From an uncultured Desulfospira sp. (GTDB taxonomy: Bacteria; Desulfobacterota; Desulfobacteria; Desulfobacterales; Desulfobacteraceae): a DNA stretch of 64,000 nucleotides. Numbering within the stretch: the stretch's first letter is position 1; each line of letters starts with the position of its first letter. The notes beneath the pieces are model-generated. The model made no database searches, had not been told where the DNA came from, and saw nothing but the letters and a program-made list of their open reading frames with translations. The translations under genes were made by a program, and so were the position numbers. The stretch is taken from contig OY760175.1 of NCBI GenBank assembly GCA_963663165.1, positions 6,208,001 through 6,272,000 on the forward strand. Reading direction: 5' to 3'. Of the stretch, positions 18,363-29,328 are shown piece after piece.

Positions 18363-19318
18363 GTTGCCCTCCTTAAGTTTGTCCGTTTATGTTCTTCAAT
18401 GGCCAGATCAATCAGTTTATCCAAAAGTTGTGAAAAAGAGTATCCCGCCACGCTGGCTGACTGGGGAAACAGGCTGGTGGCGGTCATGCCGGGAATGGTG
18501 TTGGTTTCAAGAACAGTCAGCTCATTGTCCTTTAAGATCATGTCGGTTCTGGAATACCCTTTTAAAAACAAGGCTTTGTGGGACTGGACGGCCAGTTCCA
18601 TGGCCTGCCGGGTAATGGTCTCGTCCACCCGGGCAGGGCAGATCTCCTCGGTTTCACCGACCACATACTTGGCTTTATAATCAAAAAACTCATGGCCCTG
18701 GCCCGGGACAATCTCAATAATGGGCAGGGCTTCAAGGTCATCATTGCCCAGCACGCCGCAGGTCAGTTCAATCCCCTTGACATAGGCTTCCAGAAGAATG
18801 GTGTCATCGTTTTCGAACCCTAGTTTGATGGCCGCATCCAGATCTTTGGGGTCTTTGACAATGGTCATGCCCACACTGGAGCCGGCATTGGCGGGTTTGA
18901 CCACCAGGGGCAGCCCGATGTCACGGACCACCCGGGCGGTATCCACCTTGTCCTGAAGGGTGAAAGAACTAAAATCCGGGGTGGGGATCCCGGCTCCCCG
19001 GTAAAGCCGCTTGGCTGTCAGTTTGTTCATGGCGGCGGCAGAGCCCAAGACACCGGCCCCCTGGTAGGGGATGTCCAACAGGTCCAAAAGCCCCTGGACG
19101 GTCCCGTCTTCTCCAAAAGGACCGTGGAGGATGATCAGTGCCGCATCAATTTGGGATGCGTCATTGACCAGTTTTCCCAGATCAGTTTTGGGATCATACC
19201 GGGTAATGTCGTATTTTTCCTTATCCAGGGCCTCATATACCTGACTGCCGCTGTTAAGGGAAACCTCCCGTTCAGAAGATATGCCGCCGGATAACAGGGC
19301 CAGCCTGATTTTTCCCAT
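18359..19318 (-). CDS. ddl: D-alanine-D-alanine ligase
   Basis: GGISSEREVSL, LHGPFGEDG, GSSVG, FDYKAKY, ETNTIPGMT. Confidence 0.97.
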   Translation of the reverse strand: MGKIRLALLSGGISSEREVSLNSGSQVYEALDKEKYDITRYDPKTDLGKLVNDASQIDAALIILHGPFGEDGTVQGLLDLLDIPYQGAGVLGSAAAMNKLTAKRLYRGAGIPTPDFSSFTLQDKVDTARVVRDIGLPLVVKPANAGSSVGMTIVKDPKDLDAAIKLGFENDDTILLEAYVKGIELTCGVLGNDDLEALPIIEIVPGQGHEFFDYKAKYVVGETEEICPARVDETITRQAMELAVQSHKALFLKGYSRTDMILKDNELTVLETNTIPGMTATSLFPQSASVAGYSFSQLLDKLIDLAIEEHKRTNLRRAT

Positions 19319-19412
19319 GGTCTGCTCCTTGTTGGTTTGGGTTGGCGTTATGACCTGCCCTTAAGTTAAGATAATACTCCCGCGGCCGGGCCAGCCGGGG
19401 AGCTTAAAAGGC

Positions 19413-19901
19413 CTACCCCTGGATAATGGACTGCCGAGCCTGCTCGAGTTCTTCCCTGGAAATCAGATTCTTTTCATACAGGGTATTGATTTCCAGCATT
19501 TTTCGTTCTGCACGGTCCACGGCACTTTCAATCAGATGGGCGTTGGGGTAGTTGGTATCATGGTCAAGGAGCATGGGGGTGTTTTCCCGGGCCTTGACCG
19601 TAAACGATGCAAGCCCCCCCAAGAGCCTGACTTCCACTGTCCGGTCCTGAAATTCGGGAACGGACAGGATGTCTCTTAGCTGGGAGGTGCTGTTTCTCAT
19701 CCTGCGGTAAAACAGCCAGGCAATGGACAGGACCAGGATTCCGATGGTGCCCATGATCCAGGGCAGATAATGGTAAACGCCCCTGAAAAGGACAACGGAA
19801 AGCCCGACCCCTGCCAGGAGAAACACATGGAGGAGAAGGATGAAATATGCCACAAATACGCTTTTAAAAAGCCCGTCTTTATCTTTTTTCTTTAACTTCA
19901 T
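19413..19901 (-). CDS. Hypothetical two-TM membrane protein
   Basis: Two hydrophobic segments; SHOCT-like C-terminus; overlaps the upstream gene. Confidence 0.7.
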   Translation of the reverse strand: MKLKKKDKDGLFKSVFVAYFILLLHVFLLAGVGLSVVLFRGVYHYLPWIMGTIGILVLSIAWLFYRRMRNSTSQLRDILSVPEFQDRTVEVRLLGGLASFTVKARENTPMLLDHDTNYPNAHLIESAVDRAERKMLEINTLYEKNLISREELEQARQSIIQG

Positions 19902-20269
19902 GATATTTTCTTTATTACATTTTCCCTGTAGGCCTCCAGGGCCGAAAAGGAAAGGGTTCGCCCACCCCTCAGGGTGCTAAGTTTGGTCAACAGATAGTTG
20001 AGTTTCTTCTGAATTTCAGGCCGCTGCGCTGAGTCAAGACTGCATGCGCTCAACAGATTCCGGGTGTTCTGGATATCTTTTTTTAATTCCAGTTCCGGCG
20101 GCAGAAAGCCTGCATTCTTCAGTATCTTATAGGCCATCCGGCATTCTTCGGGCAGATTAAGGTCTTCAAGGTTCAGGGGCTTGCCGTTCCCTTCAAGATT
20201 ATCAAAGGCCCCTTCCTGCTGGGCTTTTTTTATTCTTTCTTCCACAATAGCTTGAAACCCGGGGATCAT
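19898..20269 (-). CDS. DUF1992 domain protein
   Basis: EERIKKAQQEGAFDNLEGNGKPL; RMAYKILKNAGFLPPE. Confidence 0.88.
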   Translation of the reverse strand: MIPGFQAIVEERIKKAQQEGAFDNLEGNGKPLNLEDLNLPEECRMAYKILKNAGFLPPELELKKDIQNTRNLLSACSLDSAQRPEIQKKLNYLLTKLSTLRGGRTLSFSALEAYRENVIKKIS

Positions 20270-20485
20270 AATAAAAACGGCTGCTCCTCAATGGTAAATC
20301 ATGGTTGGCAAAGGGATTTTTACAAAAGAATAAACACGCCTAATATAGGGGTAGAATTCTATTAAATCCCGACCGGTTTTGCAAGGTATATTTCTTGACA
20401 GTCCTTAGGCAATACTGTATCAAATATGAGCTTAAAAATGGGGATGACAGCCCTAAGGGCAGCATGACCACAGACCAGATAAACC

Positions 20486-21043
20486 ATGAAAAAAAAAACG
20501 GCAAAATGGGTGTGGCTGATTTTGATTTTCAGCCTGCTGCAAGGCGGCCGGGTTCAGACAGACAGTTCATGGGCCGCAGATCATGCCGAAAGCAGGCCAA
20601 AGGCATTGACCAGTGCCCTGCTGTATTTTGCCGATCCGGACCAGGCCCGGTTAACGGCTCGGGAAAGGCTGTTTTCCCCGGGCATTGGCCCCCGGGAACT
20701 GGGCATGAACATTTTAAATGGGCTTTTTGAACCCGCCGCCCTTTCAGGGGTTAAGCCCTTCTGGCCTCCCGGGACATCGGTCAGGGCCTTTTTTATGGGG
20801 CAGGACGGCAGGGCCTATGTGGATCTGGCCGTTAAGGGCTTTAAGTCGGGAGAGGCGGGAATTGAGAATACAGACACCATATCAGAGCTTCTATCGGTTT
20901 ACGCCATTGTCAACTCCCTGACCCTGAATATTTCTCAGATCCAGGAGGTCAAAATACTGATCAACGGTTCTGATGCCAAAAGCTTGGGCGGACATGTCAG
21001 CCTGGATGTTTTTTTTAAATCTAATTTAGTGTTGGTAAAATGA
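20486..21043 (+). CDS. GerMN domain protein
   Basis: [32 protein letters not shown]. Confidence 0.82.
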   Translation: MKKKTAKWVWLILIFSLLQGGRVQTDSSWAADHAESRPKALTSALLYFADPDQARLTARERLFSPGIGPRELGMNILNGLFEPAALSGVKPFWPPGTSVRAFFMGQDGRAYVDLAVKGFKSGEAGIENTDTISELLSVYAIVNSLTLNISQIQEVKILINGSDAKSLGGHVSLDVFFKSNLVLVK

Positions 21044-23094
21044 GTCAGAAAAAAAGTTCCACACAGAAAAAAGATATTTCCAAATTAAGAAATATCGGGA
21101 TTATGGCCCACATTGATGCGGGAAAAACCACGGTCACCGAAAGAATCCTGTACTATACGGGAAAATCCCATAAAATCGGGGAAGTCCATGACGGCGAGGC
21201 GGTCATGGACTGGATGCAGGATGAACAGGACCGGGGGATTACCATTACCTCGGCCGTCACCACCTGCCAGTGGAAACAGTCGGTGATCCAGATCATTGAT
21301 ACGCCGGGCCATGTGGATTTCACCGTTGAGGTGGAGCGGGCCTTAAGGGTTCTGGACGGGGCCATTGGCGTGTTCTGTGCTGTGGGCGGGGTGGAGCCCC
21401 AGTCGGAAACGGTCTGGCGCCAGGCAGACCGGTATTCGGTGCCGCGGCTTGCCTTTATCAATAAAATGGACCGGACCGGTGCTGATTTTTTCAAGGTGGT
21501 AAAGGCCATTCAGACAAAGCTTAACGCCAATCCCGTGGTGGTCCAGCTTCCGGTGGGGGCCGAGGAAAACTTCAGTGCGGTCATTGACCTGATTTCCATG
21601 CGGCAGATCCAGTGGGATGATGAGACCAAAGGGGCGGAATATACCGATTCCGATTTGGATGAGGGCCCCCTTTTGGACCTTGCCGTGGAATACCGGGAAA
21701 AGCTTCTTGAGGCGGTTTGCGAGCTTGATGACGAGATCATGGAAAAATACCTCTCCGAAGAGCCCATTTCAGAACCAGAACTCAAGGCGGCCATCAGAAA
21801 GGCGACCATTGCCCGGCAAATAGTACCGGTGCTTTGCGGTTCCGCCCTGAAAAACAAGGGTATCCAGCCCCTTCTGGACGCCATTGAAAGCTACCTGCCC
21901 AGTCCTTTGGATATCCCGCCGGTAAAGGGGATTCATCCTGAAACCGGTGAGGAGCTTGAATTCCCCCCGAGAAAAAGCGCACCGCTGGCGGCCCTGATAT
22001 TCAAGGTATCCATGATCGAAGGGCGCAAACTTTCCTTTGCCCGGATTTATTCCGGTGCCATAGAGGCCGGCGCCGATGCGTACAATCCCTTTCTGCAGAA
22101 AAAAGAAAAGCTGTCCCGGATACTCATGATGCACGCCAACAAAAAAGAGCGGCTTCAGGAAGCCTCAGCCGGGGATATCATCGGCATTGTGGGATTAAAA
22201 GATACCGGCACCGGAGACACCCTGTGCAGCCAGGATCATCCCGTATTTCTTGAAAAAATGGAGTACGCCCAGCCCGTGATCTCCATTGCCATTGAACCCA
22301 AAACCCATGCCGACCAGGAAAAACTCAACGACGTTCTGGAAAAATTCACCATTGAAGACCCCACCCTTAAGGTGTCCACAGACGAGGAAACCGGCCAGAC
22401 CATTTTGTCGGGCATGGGAGAGCTTCATCTTGAAATCATCATCTCACGGATGCTCAAAGAGTTTAACACCAACGTGAATGTGGGCAATCCCCAGGTGGTA
22501 TACCGGGAAGTCATCACGGCGCCGGCCACGGGCACCGCTGTATTTGAACGGGAAATCTCAGGCAAAGCCCATTTTGCCGAACTCAAAATCCGGCTGGAAC
22601 CCCTTGGCCGGGGAGAGGGCATTACCTTTACCAACCAGGCTTCCCCGGATCAGGTCCCGGAAAATTATGTGGCGGCCATTGAAACCGGCATCAGGGAAAG
22701 CCTTGAGGGCGGGTTCCTCAAAGGGTACCCCCTGGTGGATGTGGGCATTATCCTTGAAAGCGGACGGCAGGAAGAGGGCAAAAGCTCCGAGCTTGCCTTT
22801 TCCGTGTGCGGGGCCATGGCCAGCAAGGACGCCCTGGAATCAGCTTCCCTGGCGCTGCTTGAACCCATCATGGATGTTGAGGTGTTTGTACCCGATGCCT
22901 ATATGGGGGATGCCATTGCCGATTTAAATGCCAGGGGCGGAAAAGTCGAGGCCATTACGCCGGATGCCGGGATACAGATTGTCAAGGCCGTGGTTCCCCT
23001 GGCCAGGATGTTCGGCTATTCCACGGCCCTGCGCTCCGCCACCCAGGGGCGCGGGACGTTTACCATGCAATTCTCAGCCTTTGACAGAGTATAA
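21040..23094 (+). CDS. fusA: Elongation factor G paralogue (outside the str operon)
   Basis: [33 protein letters not shown]. Confidence 0.95.
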   Translation: MSQKKSSTQKKDISKLRNIGIMAHIDAGKTTVTERILYYTGKSHKIGEVHDGEAVMDWMQDEQDRGITITSAVTTCQWKQSVIQIIDTPGHVDFTVEVERALRVLDGAIGVFCAVGGVEPQSETVWRQADRYSVPRLAFINKMDRTGADFFKVVKAIQTKLNANPVVVQLPVGAEENFSAVIDLISMRQIQWDDETKGAEYTDSDLDEGPLLDLAVEYREKLLEAVCELDDEIMEKYLSEEPISEPELKAAIRKATIARQIVPVLCGSALKNKGIQPLLDAIESYLPSPLDIPPVKGIHPETGEELEFPPRKSAPLAALIFKVSMIEGRKLSFARIYSGAIEAGADAYNPFLQKKEKLSRILMMHANKKERLQEASAGDIIGIVGLKDTGTGDTLCSQDHPVFLEKMEYAQPVISIAIEPKTHADQEKLNDVLEKFTIEDPTLKVSTDEETGQTILSGMGELHLEIIISRMLKEFNTNVNVGNPQVVYREVITAPATGTAVFEREISGKAHFAELKIRLEPLGRGEGITFTNQASPDQVPENYVAAIETGIRESLEGGFLKGYPLVDVGIILESGRQEEGKSSELAFSVCGAMASKDALESASLALLEPIMDVEVFVPDAYMGDAIADLNARGGKVEAITPDAGIQIVKAVVPLARMFGYSTALRSATQGRGTFTMQFSAFDRV

Positions 23095-23098
23095 TTTG

Positions 23099-23242
23099 GT
23101 GTTTGAACCAAAAGTCACCCATCTGCTGTGTTGCAAAAAAATTTGCAATCCTCACAACCCTAATGGTTGCTTCGGTTACAAATTTTTCTGATTTCTGACC
23201 TTTGGTTACGCCTTGCATCTGGGCAACTTTTGGCCTAAACAC
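23099..23242 (+). mobile_element. GTGTTT-ended palindromic MITE/REP-like element, copy 1
   Basis: GTGTTTGAACCAAAAGTCACCCATCTGC ... GCATCTGGGCAACTTTTGGCCTAAACAC; relatives at 29203 and 36758. Confidence 0.88.
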
Positions 23243-23259
23243 GGGGGCTATTTAGACAC

Positions 23260-23356
23260 TAACGGCCACGGGCCGCCCTGGTTATCCAACCAAGCACCGC
23301 CCACAACGAATAATGAAAGTCTTCTCAGGACGTTAGTGAGACTTTTTTATAAAATT
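23260..23356 (+). repeat. ~97-bp dispersed TAACGGCC repeat, copy 1
   Basis: Near-identical to 53200-53296 and to the reverse complement of 37347-37442. Confidence 0.9.
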
Positions 23357-23363
23357 TTGAAGA

Positions 23364-24770
23364 TTAAGAATTTTTCTTGCGGTCGGATTTCTTTTCAAGC
23401 CGTTTCTGGGCATCTTTTCTTAGCTTGGGATCTTTTAAATCTTCCAACGCCTTTCTTAACAGCAGGGAGGCGTTTTTTTCATCCTTGATCTGGGCGTAGT
23501 ATACCCCGAGATAATAATCGGACAGGGCGGTTTCGTTGTGCCGGGACATGATCTGAGCCATGTAATAATAGGCTTTGGGAAAGGTGTCGGGCAGGGTTTC
23601 AATGACCTTGGACAGGTTTTTCTGGGCTCCGGGAAGGTCTCCTGATTCCAGCTGGGCAACGGCATACTGGTATCGGGCCTGGATTCCCATGACCGGCTCG
23701 TCCTGAATAAAGGCCAGTACTTCCAGGGCCTGCCGGAATTTGCCTTCAGCGATATAGACCCGGCCTAACTCCAGCAGGATCAGGGGGTCGAACAGTCGTT
23801 GGGACAAGGCTTTTTCAAAATATTCTTCTGCCTTCTGCCGCCGGTGTTTCCGGCTTTGCAACAGCCCCATGCCGTAGTTCAGCGCCGGGTTGTCAGGGGC
23901 TTTTTCAAGGTCAATGGCGATTTGGGCCATGCTTTTGTCCGGCTCATCATAAAGGCCTATGAGCCGGTATTTCACCATGTTGTAATCATAAGTCTTAGGG
24001 CATTCCGGCAGGGGATCGGGCCGGACACAGCCGGATAAAAGAGAGGAGATATGGGCGACCCGCGTGCTGGTTCCCGGATGGGTCTTAAAATAATCCGGGA
24101 TTCCCTCAATGCCCTGGTAGTCAGCGTCCCTGATCTTTAAAAGGCTGTCCAGAAGCCCTTTGGGATCATAACAGGACGATTTTAAGAACAGTATGCCTTT
24201 CTGGTCTGCTTCGGTTTCATTTTCCCGGGTATAGGCCAGCATGGCGGACTGGCCTGCGGCCACAGACCCGATGGTCAGTGCCTGTGCCGCTTCTGAACTG
24301 CCGGCGGACCCGGCAATGACCCCGGCCAGCATGCCGGCCAGGGAGCCGATGCTGACCAGCTTGGACCGGTCAATGGACTGGGACACATGGCGGCTGACCA
24401 CATGGGCAATTTCATGGGCCATAATGCCGGCAAGCTCATCAATGTTGTCCAGGGCCGTGATCAGCCCCCGGTGGATAAAAATATTGGCCGCAGGACTTGC
24501 AAACGCGTTAAACGTGTTGTCGTTGATCAAATAAAATGAATAGTCAAAGGGCTGGGGGGGCAGATTGGAAAGAATGTTTTTGCCCACGGTATTGATCATG
24601 TGGTTGGCCACGGGATCTTTTGACAGAATATTGCGCTTTTCAATCATTGCCATGAATTCTTTGGCCAGCTTTTTTTCATCGGGAATGGAGATGGCTTTCC
24701 CGGTCCCGGGGGCCAACGGGATGATGATCAGGGCAACAGCAATAACGGCGGTTATTTTAAAAGGGGTCAT
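23364..24770 (-). CDS. M48 metalloprotease with TPRs (BepA-like)
   Basis: Signal peptide; NAFA, HEIAH, E.EAD, THP; TPR-like helical repeats. Confidence 0.9.
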   Translation of the reverse strand: MTPFKITAVIAVALIIIPLAPGTGKAISIPDEKKLAKEFMAMIEKRNILSKDPVANHMINTVGKNILSNLPPQPFDYSFYLINDNTFNAFASPAANIFIHRGLITALDNIDELAGIMAHEIAHVVSRHVSQSIDRSKLVSIGSLAGMLAGVIAGSAGSSEAAQALTIGSVAAGQSAMLAYTRENETEADQKGILFLKSSCYDPKGLLDSLLKIRDADYQGIEGIPDYFKTHPGTSTRVAHISSLLSGCVRPDPLPECPKTYDYNMVKYRLIGLYDEPDKSMAQIAIDLEKAPDNPALNYGMGLLQSRKHRRQKAEEYFEKALSQRLFDPLILLELGRVYIAEGKFRQALEVLAFIQDEPVMGIQARYQYAVAQLESGDLPGAQKNLSKVIETLPDTFPKAYYYMAQIMSRHNETALSDYYLGVYYAQIKDEKNASLLLRKALEDLKDPKLRKDAQKRLEKKSDRKKNS

Positions 24771-24872
24771 GAACAATGCTTTTTTGAAAGGTGGCGGGTT
24801 TAACCAGGCCATCCGGTTCTGGCACAAGGGGCGCCTGAACCGGTACTTTAATGGCGGTAAAACAAAAAACAG

Positions 24873-25439
24873 TTATATGCGGATAAACTCGGTATGCTCC
24901 ATGGCCAGTTCAATCATGAAGCTGTAGGTTCCGATTTTCATGGAAAGCCGCCGGTTCTGGGCAGAAAGCCCGTCAATGACCAGGGTGATGGCCCGGTTCA
25001 TGGTCAGGGCTTTGGGCTGTCCAAAACTGGCGTTTAAATCAAAGGCATCTTCCACTTCTTTAACCAGGTGTCCCATGAGCTGGTTGGTCAACTCCCCAAT
25101 GGTATCAGCCACCTCAGGGGATAAAATGCTCACGTCAAGCTCATCTTCAGGCATTCCCATGGCCGTCATATAGGTTTTATAAATTTCAATGGCAGCCCCG
25201 GCTGTAAAGTTCAGGATTACCAGTCCGGCATAATCCCCGTCAAACTGGACAAAGCTGGTCAGATCCGGCCGCATGGCCACCTTGGGGATGGCCTGGATCA
25301 CAGACGCATATGACACTTCCTGTAAGGTGCTGGTTTCAAACATTTTTTGAGCGGTTTTCAAAAAAATCTTGGATATCTCATCGATGGATGCGGTGGCATT
25401 TTTTCCGGCACACTGGGTGGACGATAATGAATTTTCCAT
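24873..25439 (-). CDS. DUF3334 / CheX-like protein
   Basis: FVQFDGDYAGLVILNF, IGELTNQ, FGQPK. Confidence 0.75.
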   Translation of the reverse strand: MENSLSSTQCAGKNATASIDEISKIFLKTAQKMFETSTLQEVSYASVIQAIPKVAMRPDLTSFVQFDGDYAGLVILNFTAGAAIEIYKTYMTAMGMPEDELDVSILSPEVADTIGELTNQLMGHLVKEVEDAFDLNASFGQPKALTMNRAITLVIDGLSAQNRRLSMKIGTYSFMIELAMEHTEFIRI

Positions 25440-25463
25440 GGAAACTCCTTTTTATCTGGAACA

Positions 25464-25532
25464 TGGGGCTTGGGATTTGGGACTGTTCTGGGGTACATAC
25501 TCCATATCTCAAGTCCCAAATCCCATTTCCCA
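25464..25532. repeat. Heptamer hairpin array, family C (TGGGA(C/T)T ... TCCCA)
   Basis: tggggct tgggatt tgggact ... agtccca aatccca tttccca. Confidence 0.8.
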
Positions 25533-25622
25533 TTGAATTGGATGATCTTAAATCTTTCTTTTTATCAATGAATTCAAAGAAAAAGTCAAAAAATTTCTAA
25601 AATTGGGGCGAAAAACCCGGAC

Positions 25623-26543
25623 CTATCGCTCGCCCCTTTTGTAAGGGGCCGACAGCATGGCCGGGGCATTGAGTTTTCTGGGGTCCCTGAAACTGATGGC
25701 CAGTAAAATCACCAGGGTGGCGATATAGGGAAGCATGGCCAGAAAATTAGGGGAAATCCCCAAAGGCTGCATCAGATACTGGGCCACAAAAATACCGCCA
25801 AACAGAAACGAGGCCCAGATGGCCCGTCCCGGGTTCCACAGGGCAAAAATGGTCAGGGCAATGGCAATCCAGCCCCGTCCGGCGGTCATGCCCTCGATCC
25901 AGGATTTTGAGTAGGAAATGGACAGATGGGCCCCGGCAAGGGCTGAAAAACCGCCGCCGATGATAACGGACAGATACCGGATGAAAAACACATTGACCCC
26001 CTGGGTTTCCGTGGCTTTAGGGTTTTCTCCCGTGGATCTCACCTGGATGCCGAGTCTGGTTCTTTCAAGGAAAAACCAGGCCACCAGGGCCAGGACAATG
26101 GCCAGGTAAAAAAACGGGCTCTGGCTGAACAGCACCTTGCCCAGATAGGGGATGTCCGATAACACTGGAATGGATATGTCGGTCATTTTAGCGGATAAGG
26201 GCTGGCCCACATAGGGCTTTCCCAACATGCCGGACAGCCCTAAGCCCAGCATGGTCAGGGCAAGGCCCGAGACCACCTGATTGGCCTGAAGGGAAATAGA
26301 GGCAAAGGCATGAATCAGGGAAATGGCCATGCCCCCGGCAACGGCCGCCAGGACCCCGAGCCAGGGATGGCCCGTAATCATGGTGACCACAAAGGCGGTA
26401 AAGGCCCCGATGGCCATGACCCCTTCCACCCCGAGATTCAGGATACCGCTTCTCTCGCAGATGACTTCCCCGGTGGTGGCCAGCAGCAGCGGGGTGCCCG
26501 CCACCATGGTCCGCTGCAGTATTGATATAATTACATCTTCCAT
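25623..26543 (-). CDS. Nucleoside/sugar ABC permease
   Basis: ERSGILNLGVEG; GRGWIAIA. Confidence 0.92.
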   Translation of the reverse strand: MEDVIISILQRTMVAGTPLLLATTGEVICERSGILNLGVEGVMAIGAFTAFVVTMITGHPWLGVLAAVAGGMAISLIHAFASISLQANQVVSGLALTMLGLGLSGMLGKPYVGQPLSAKMTDISIPVLSDIPYLGKVLFSQSPFFYLAIVLALVAWFFLERTRLGIQVRSTGENPKATETQGVNVFFIRYLSVIIGGGFSALAGAHLSISYSKSWIEGMTAGRGWIAIALTIFALWNPGRAIWASFLFGGIFVAQYLMQPLGISPNFLAMLPYIATLVILLAISFRDPRKLNAPAMLSAPYKRGER

Positions 26544-26547
26544 AACG

Positions 26548-27636
26548 TTAACTTTCTGAAACCCTTGAAACCCTTATGGTTACTTTGTTGTGAAGAAAAT
26601 AGTCCCCCATGATCAAAAAGACCAGGATCACCCCGTTAACGATGTTCACCGTGGCCGCGGGCAGGCCCAGAGAAACCTGGATGGCGTCTCCGCCCACCAG
26701 GATCCCGGCAAAAAACAGGCCCGAAACAATGGCATAAAGCGGGTTGAGCTTGGCCAGCCATGCCACGATAATGGCCGTAAACCCGTACCCTGAGGAGACC
26801 GCCGCCGGATAGCCTAAGTATTCATGGATGCCGGCCACTTCTCCGATGCCGGCCATCCCGGCCAGCCCCCCGGAAATGGCCATGAGGATCAGGCTGGTCT
26901 TCATGAAGTTGATGCCGGCATACTTTCCGGCATCGGGGTTTTCCCCCACCACCCGGGCCTCGTAGCCGAACCGTGTTTTATAAATCAGCACGCACAGGAT
27001 CAGGGCCGATACCAGGGCCAGAATCAGGGTCGCATAATGGATCCGGGAACCGGGGATCACCCCGAGCAGGGCGGAGCCCGGCAGGTTTTCCGTTCCGGGA
27101 TACCCGAACCGGGATTTGCCTTTCCACGGCCCCACAATGAGCATGGTTAAAAACTCGGCACAGATATAGTTGAGCATGAGGGTGGAAATGACTTCATTGA
27201 TGGCGTATTTGATTTTCAAGAAAGCCGGGATAATGCCCCATAAAGCCCCGCCCAGAAACCCTGCGGCAAACATGACCGGAATTATAACTACAGAGGGCAG
27301 GGTGTCTCCAAAGGTCAGGGCGGCCCAGCTGCCGAAAACAGCGCCCATGAGCAGCTGGCCTTCGGCACCGATATTCCAGAACTTGGCCCGGAATGCCAGG
27401 GTCAGCCCGGCCCCGATAAGGATCAACGGGATGGCTTTGGTAACGGTTTCTTTAAATCCGTAAACCGAGCCAAAAGAGCCCATGAAGATCTCTTTGATGG
27501 CAAACCACGGGTTAACCCCGGAAAGAAAAAAGACCATGCTGATAACCAGAAGCCCGGCCCCGAGGCTGGCCACATTGGTCATCAAAGATCTGGTGCCGGA
27601 AATATGGTAACGGTCGGTGGTAGTGATTTTGATCAT
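26548..27636 (-). CDS. Nucleoside/sugar ABC permease
   Basis: WNIGAEGQ, NEVISTLMLNY, GYGFTAIIVA. Confidence 0.92.
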   Translation of the reverse strand: MIKITTTDRYHISGTRSLMTNVASLGAGLLVISMVFFLSGVNPWFAIKEIFMGSFGSVYGFKETVTKAIPLILIGAGLTLAFRAKFWNIGAEGQLLMGAVFGSWAALTFGDTLPSVVIIPVMFAAGFLGGALWGIIPAFLKIKYAINEVISTLMLNYICAEFLTMLIVGPWKGKSRFGYPGTENLPGSALLGVIPGSRIHYATLILALVSALILCVLIYKTRFGYEARVVGENPDAGKYAGINFMKTSLILMAISGGLAGMAGIGEVAGIHEYLGYPAAVSSGYGFTAIIVAWLAKLNPLYAIVSGLFFAGILVGGDAIQVSLGLPAATVNIVNGVILVFLIMGDYFLHNKVTIRVSRVSES

Positions 27637-27653
27637 GATATAAAAATTTTATG

Positions 27654-29174
27654 TTAAGATTCCATCTTTCTGGAACCGGCCATCATCAGGCCGATATCGT
27701 CAAGCTTGGGGTCATCCGCTTCTAAAATCCCCATAAACTGCCCTTCAAACATCACCGCTATCCGGTCGCACAGTTCAAAAATTTCTTCAAGGTCTTCTGA
27801 AAACAGCAGGACACAGGTCCCTTTTTTGCGAAGATCAATGAGGTGCTCCCTTAAAAACTGGGTGGCGCCCACATCAAGGCCGTAGGTGGGATGGGAGGCC
27901 ACCAGAAGCTGGGGCTGTTCACTGATTTCCCGGCCTAATATCAATTTCTGGATATTGCCGCCGGAAAGGTTTCTGATCTGGTTGTGAATGGAATGGGTGG
28001 ACACATGAAACTCATGGATCAGGTTCCTGGCATGTTCCTTCACCTGGCTGTACTTTAAAAAATACCGTTTGGAGAACTTTTTCAAGTGGTGCTGCTTTAA
28101 AATGGCATTGTCATATAGGAACAGCCCGGGGGCAATACCGAAACGGATTCTTTCTTCAGGCACATGGGAGACCCCGTTGTCATAGATCTGCCGGGCGGTC
28201 TTGTTGGTGATGTCCCGGCCGCAGACCTTTATGTTTCCCGAATCCACCTTTCGGATTCCGGTGATGGCTTCGGCCAGTTCCCTCTGGCCGTTTCCGGACA
28301 CCCCGGCAATGCCGAAAATTTCATTGCCGTACAGCTGGAAATTCACGCCCCTGACCGCCGGCAGCCCCTTGTCTCCGGTCACATGAATATGGTCCACATC
28401 CAGAATCAGTTTGCCCTGATCCAGTTTTTCTTTGGCAATATTGAAGACCACGTCCCGGCCCACCATCATCCGGGCAAGGGCGGTTTTGTCGGTGTCAGAC
28501 GTCTTGGCATGGCCCACGATTTTTCCCTTTTGCAGGACTGTTACCCGGTCACAGATGTCCATAATTTCATCGAGCTTGTGGGAAATAAAGATCACCAGAT
28601 GGCCCTGGGCCTTCATCTGCCGTAAGATATCGATAAATTCCCCGACTTCCTGGGGGGTCAGCACCGAGGTGGGCTCGTCCAAAATCAACAGGTCCGCACC
28701 GTTCATCAGGGCCTTGATGATTTCAATGCGCTGCTGCTCGCCGGCGGAAAGCTGCCAGACTTTCTGGCGTAAATCCACATTAAGGTTAAACTGCCGGGAA
28801 AAGTCATTTACCTTTTCCCGGATCTTGACCTTGGGAAGGAAAAAGGGGGTATCCTTGTACCCTAAGGCAATATTTTCAATGACCGAATGGTTCTGAATCA
28901 GCATGAAATGCTGGTGGACCATGCCGATGCCGTGGTTGATGGACTCCACCGGGTTCCGGATCACCACCGGCTTGCCGTTGATTTCAATGGCACCGGCATC
29001 GGGCTGATAAATCCCGTACAGGATATTCATCAGCGTGGTTTTGCCGGCCCCGTTTTCCCCTAAGAGCCCGAGGATTTCCCCGGACTCCACATGAAGGTTG
29101 ATATCCTGGTTGGCGTGAATCCCATGAAATGATTTGGATATCCCCTTCATTTCAAGGCGCTGAATTTTGCTCAT
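27654..29174 (-). CDS. ABC ATPase (CUT2 type, two NBDs)
   Basis: GENGAGKT, LILDEPT, LSGGNIQK; likely start MSKIQ at 29174. Confidence 0.93.
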   Translation of the reverse strand: MSKIQRLEMKGISKSFHGIHANQDINLHVESGEILGLLGENGAGKTTLMNILYGIYQPDAGAIEINGKPVVIRNPVESINHGIGMVHQHFMLIQNHSVIENIALGYKDTPFFLPKVKIREKVNDFSRQFNLNVDLRQKVWQLSAGEQQRIEIIKALMNGADLLILDEPTSVLTPQEVGEFIDILRQMKAQGHLVIFISHKLDEIMDICDRVTVLQKGKIVGHAKTSDTDKTALARMMVGRDVVFNIAKEKLDQGKLILDVDHIHVTGDKGLPAVRGVNFQLYGNEIFGIAGVSGNGQRELAEAITGIRKVDSGNIKVCGRDITNKTARQIYDNGVSHVPEERIRFGIAPGLFLYDNAILKQHHLKKFSKRYFLKYSQVKEHARNLIHEFHVSTHSIHNQIRNLSGGNIQKLILGREISEQPQLLVASHPTYGLDVGATQFLREHLIDLRKKGTCVLLFSEDLEEIFELCDRIAVMFEGQFMGILEADDPKLDDIGLMMAGSRKMES

Positions 29175-29202
29175 AATCAATCTATTGCCTGAAGGAAACC
29201 CC

Positions 29203-29328
29203 GTGTTTGGGCGAAAAGTTGCCCAGATGCAAGGCACAGAAAAATTTGCAACCGGAGCAACCTTTGGGGTTGTGAGGATTGCAGATTTTTCTGTAACGCA
29301 GCAGATGGGTGACTTTTCGTTCAAACAC
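29203..29328 (-). mobile_element. GTGTTT-ended element, copy 2
   Basis: Reverse-oriented relative of 23099-23242; abuts the BMP stop codon. Confidence 0.88.

Noticed and set aside
23255..23360. Integron attC sites (TAAC...GTTAG)
   Set aside because: No cassette array, no integron integrase and no proper R/L box pairing
29175..29324. N-terminal extension of the ABC ATPase
   Set aside because: It is translation through the GTGTTT element
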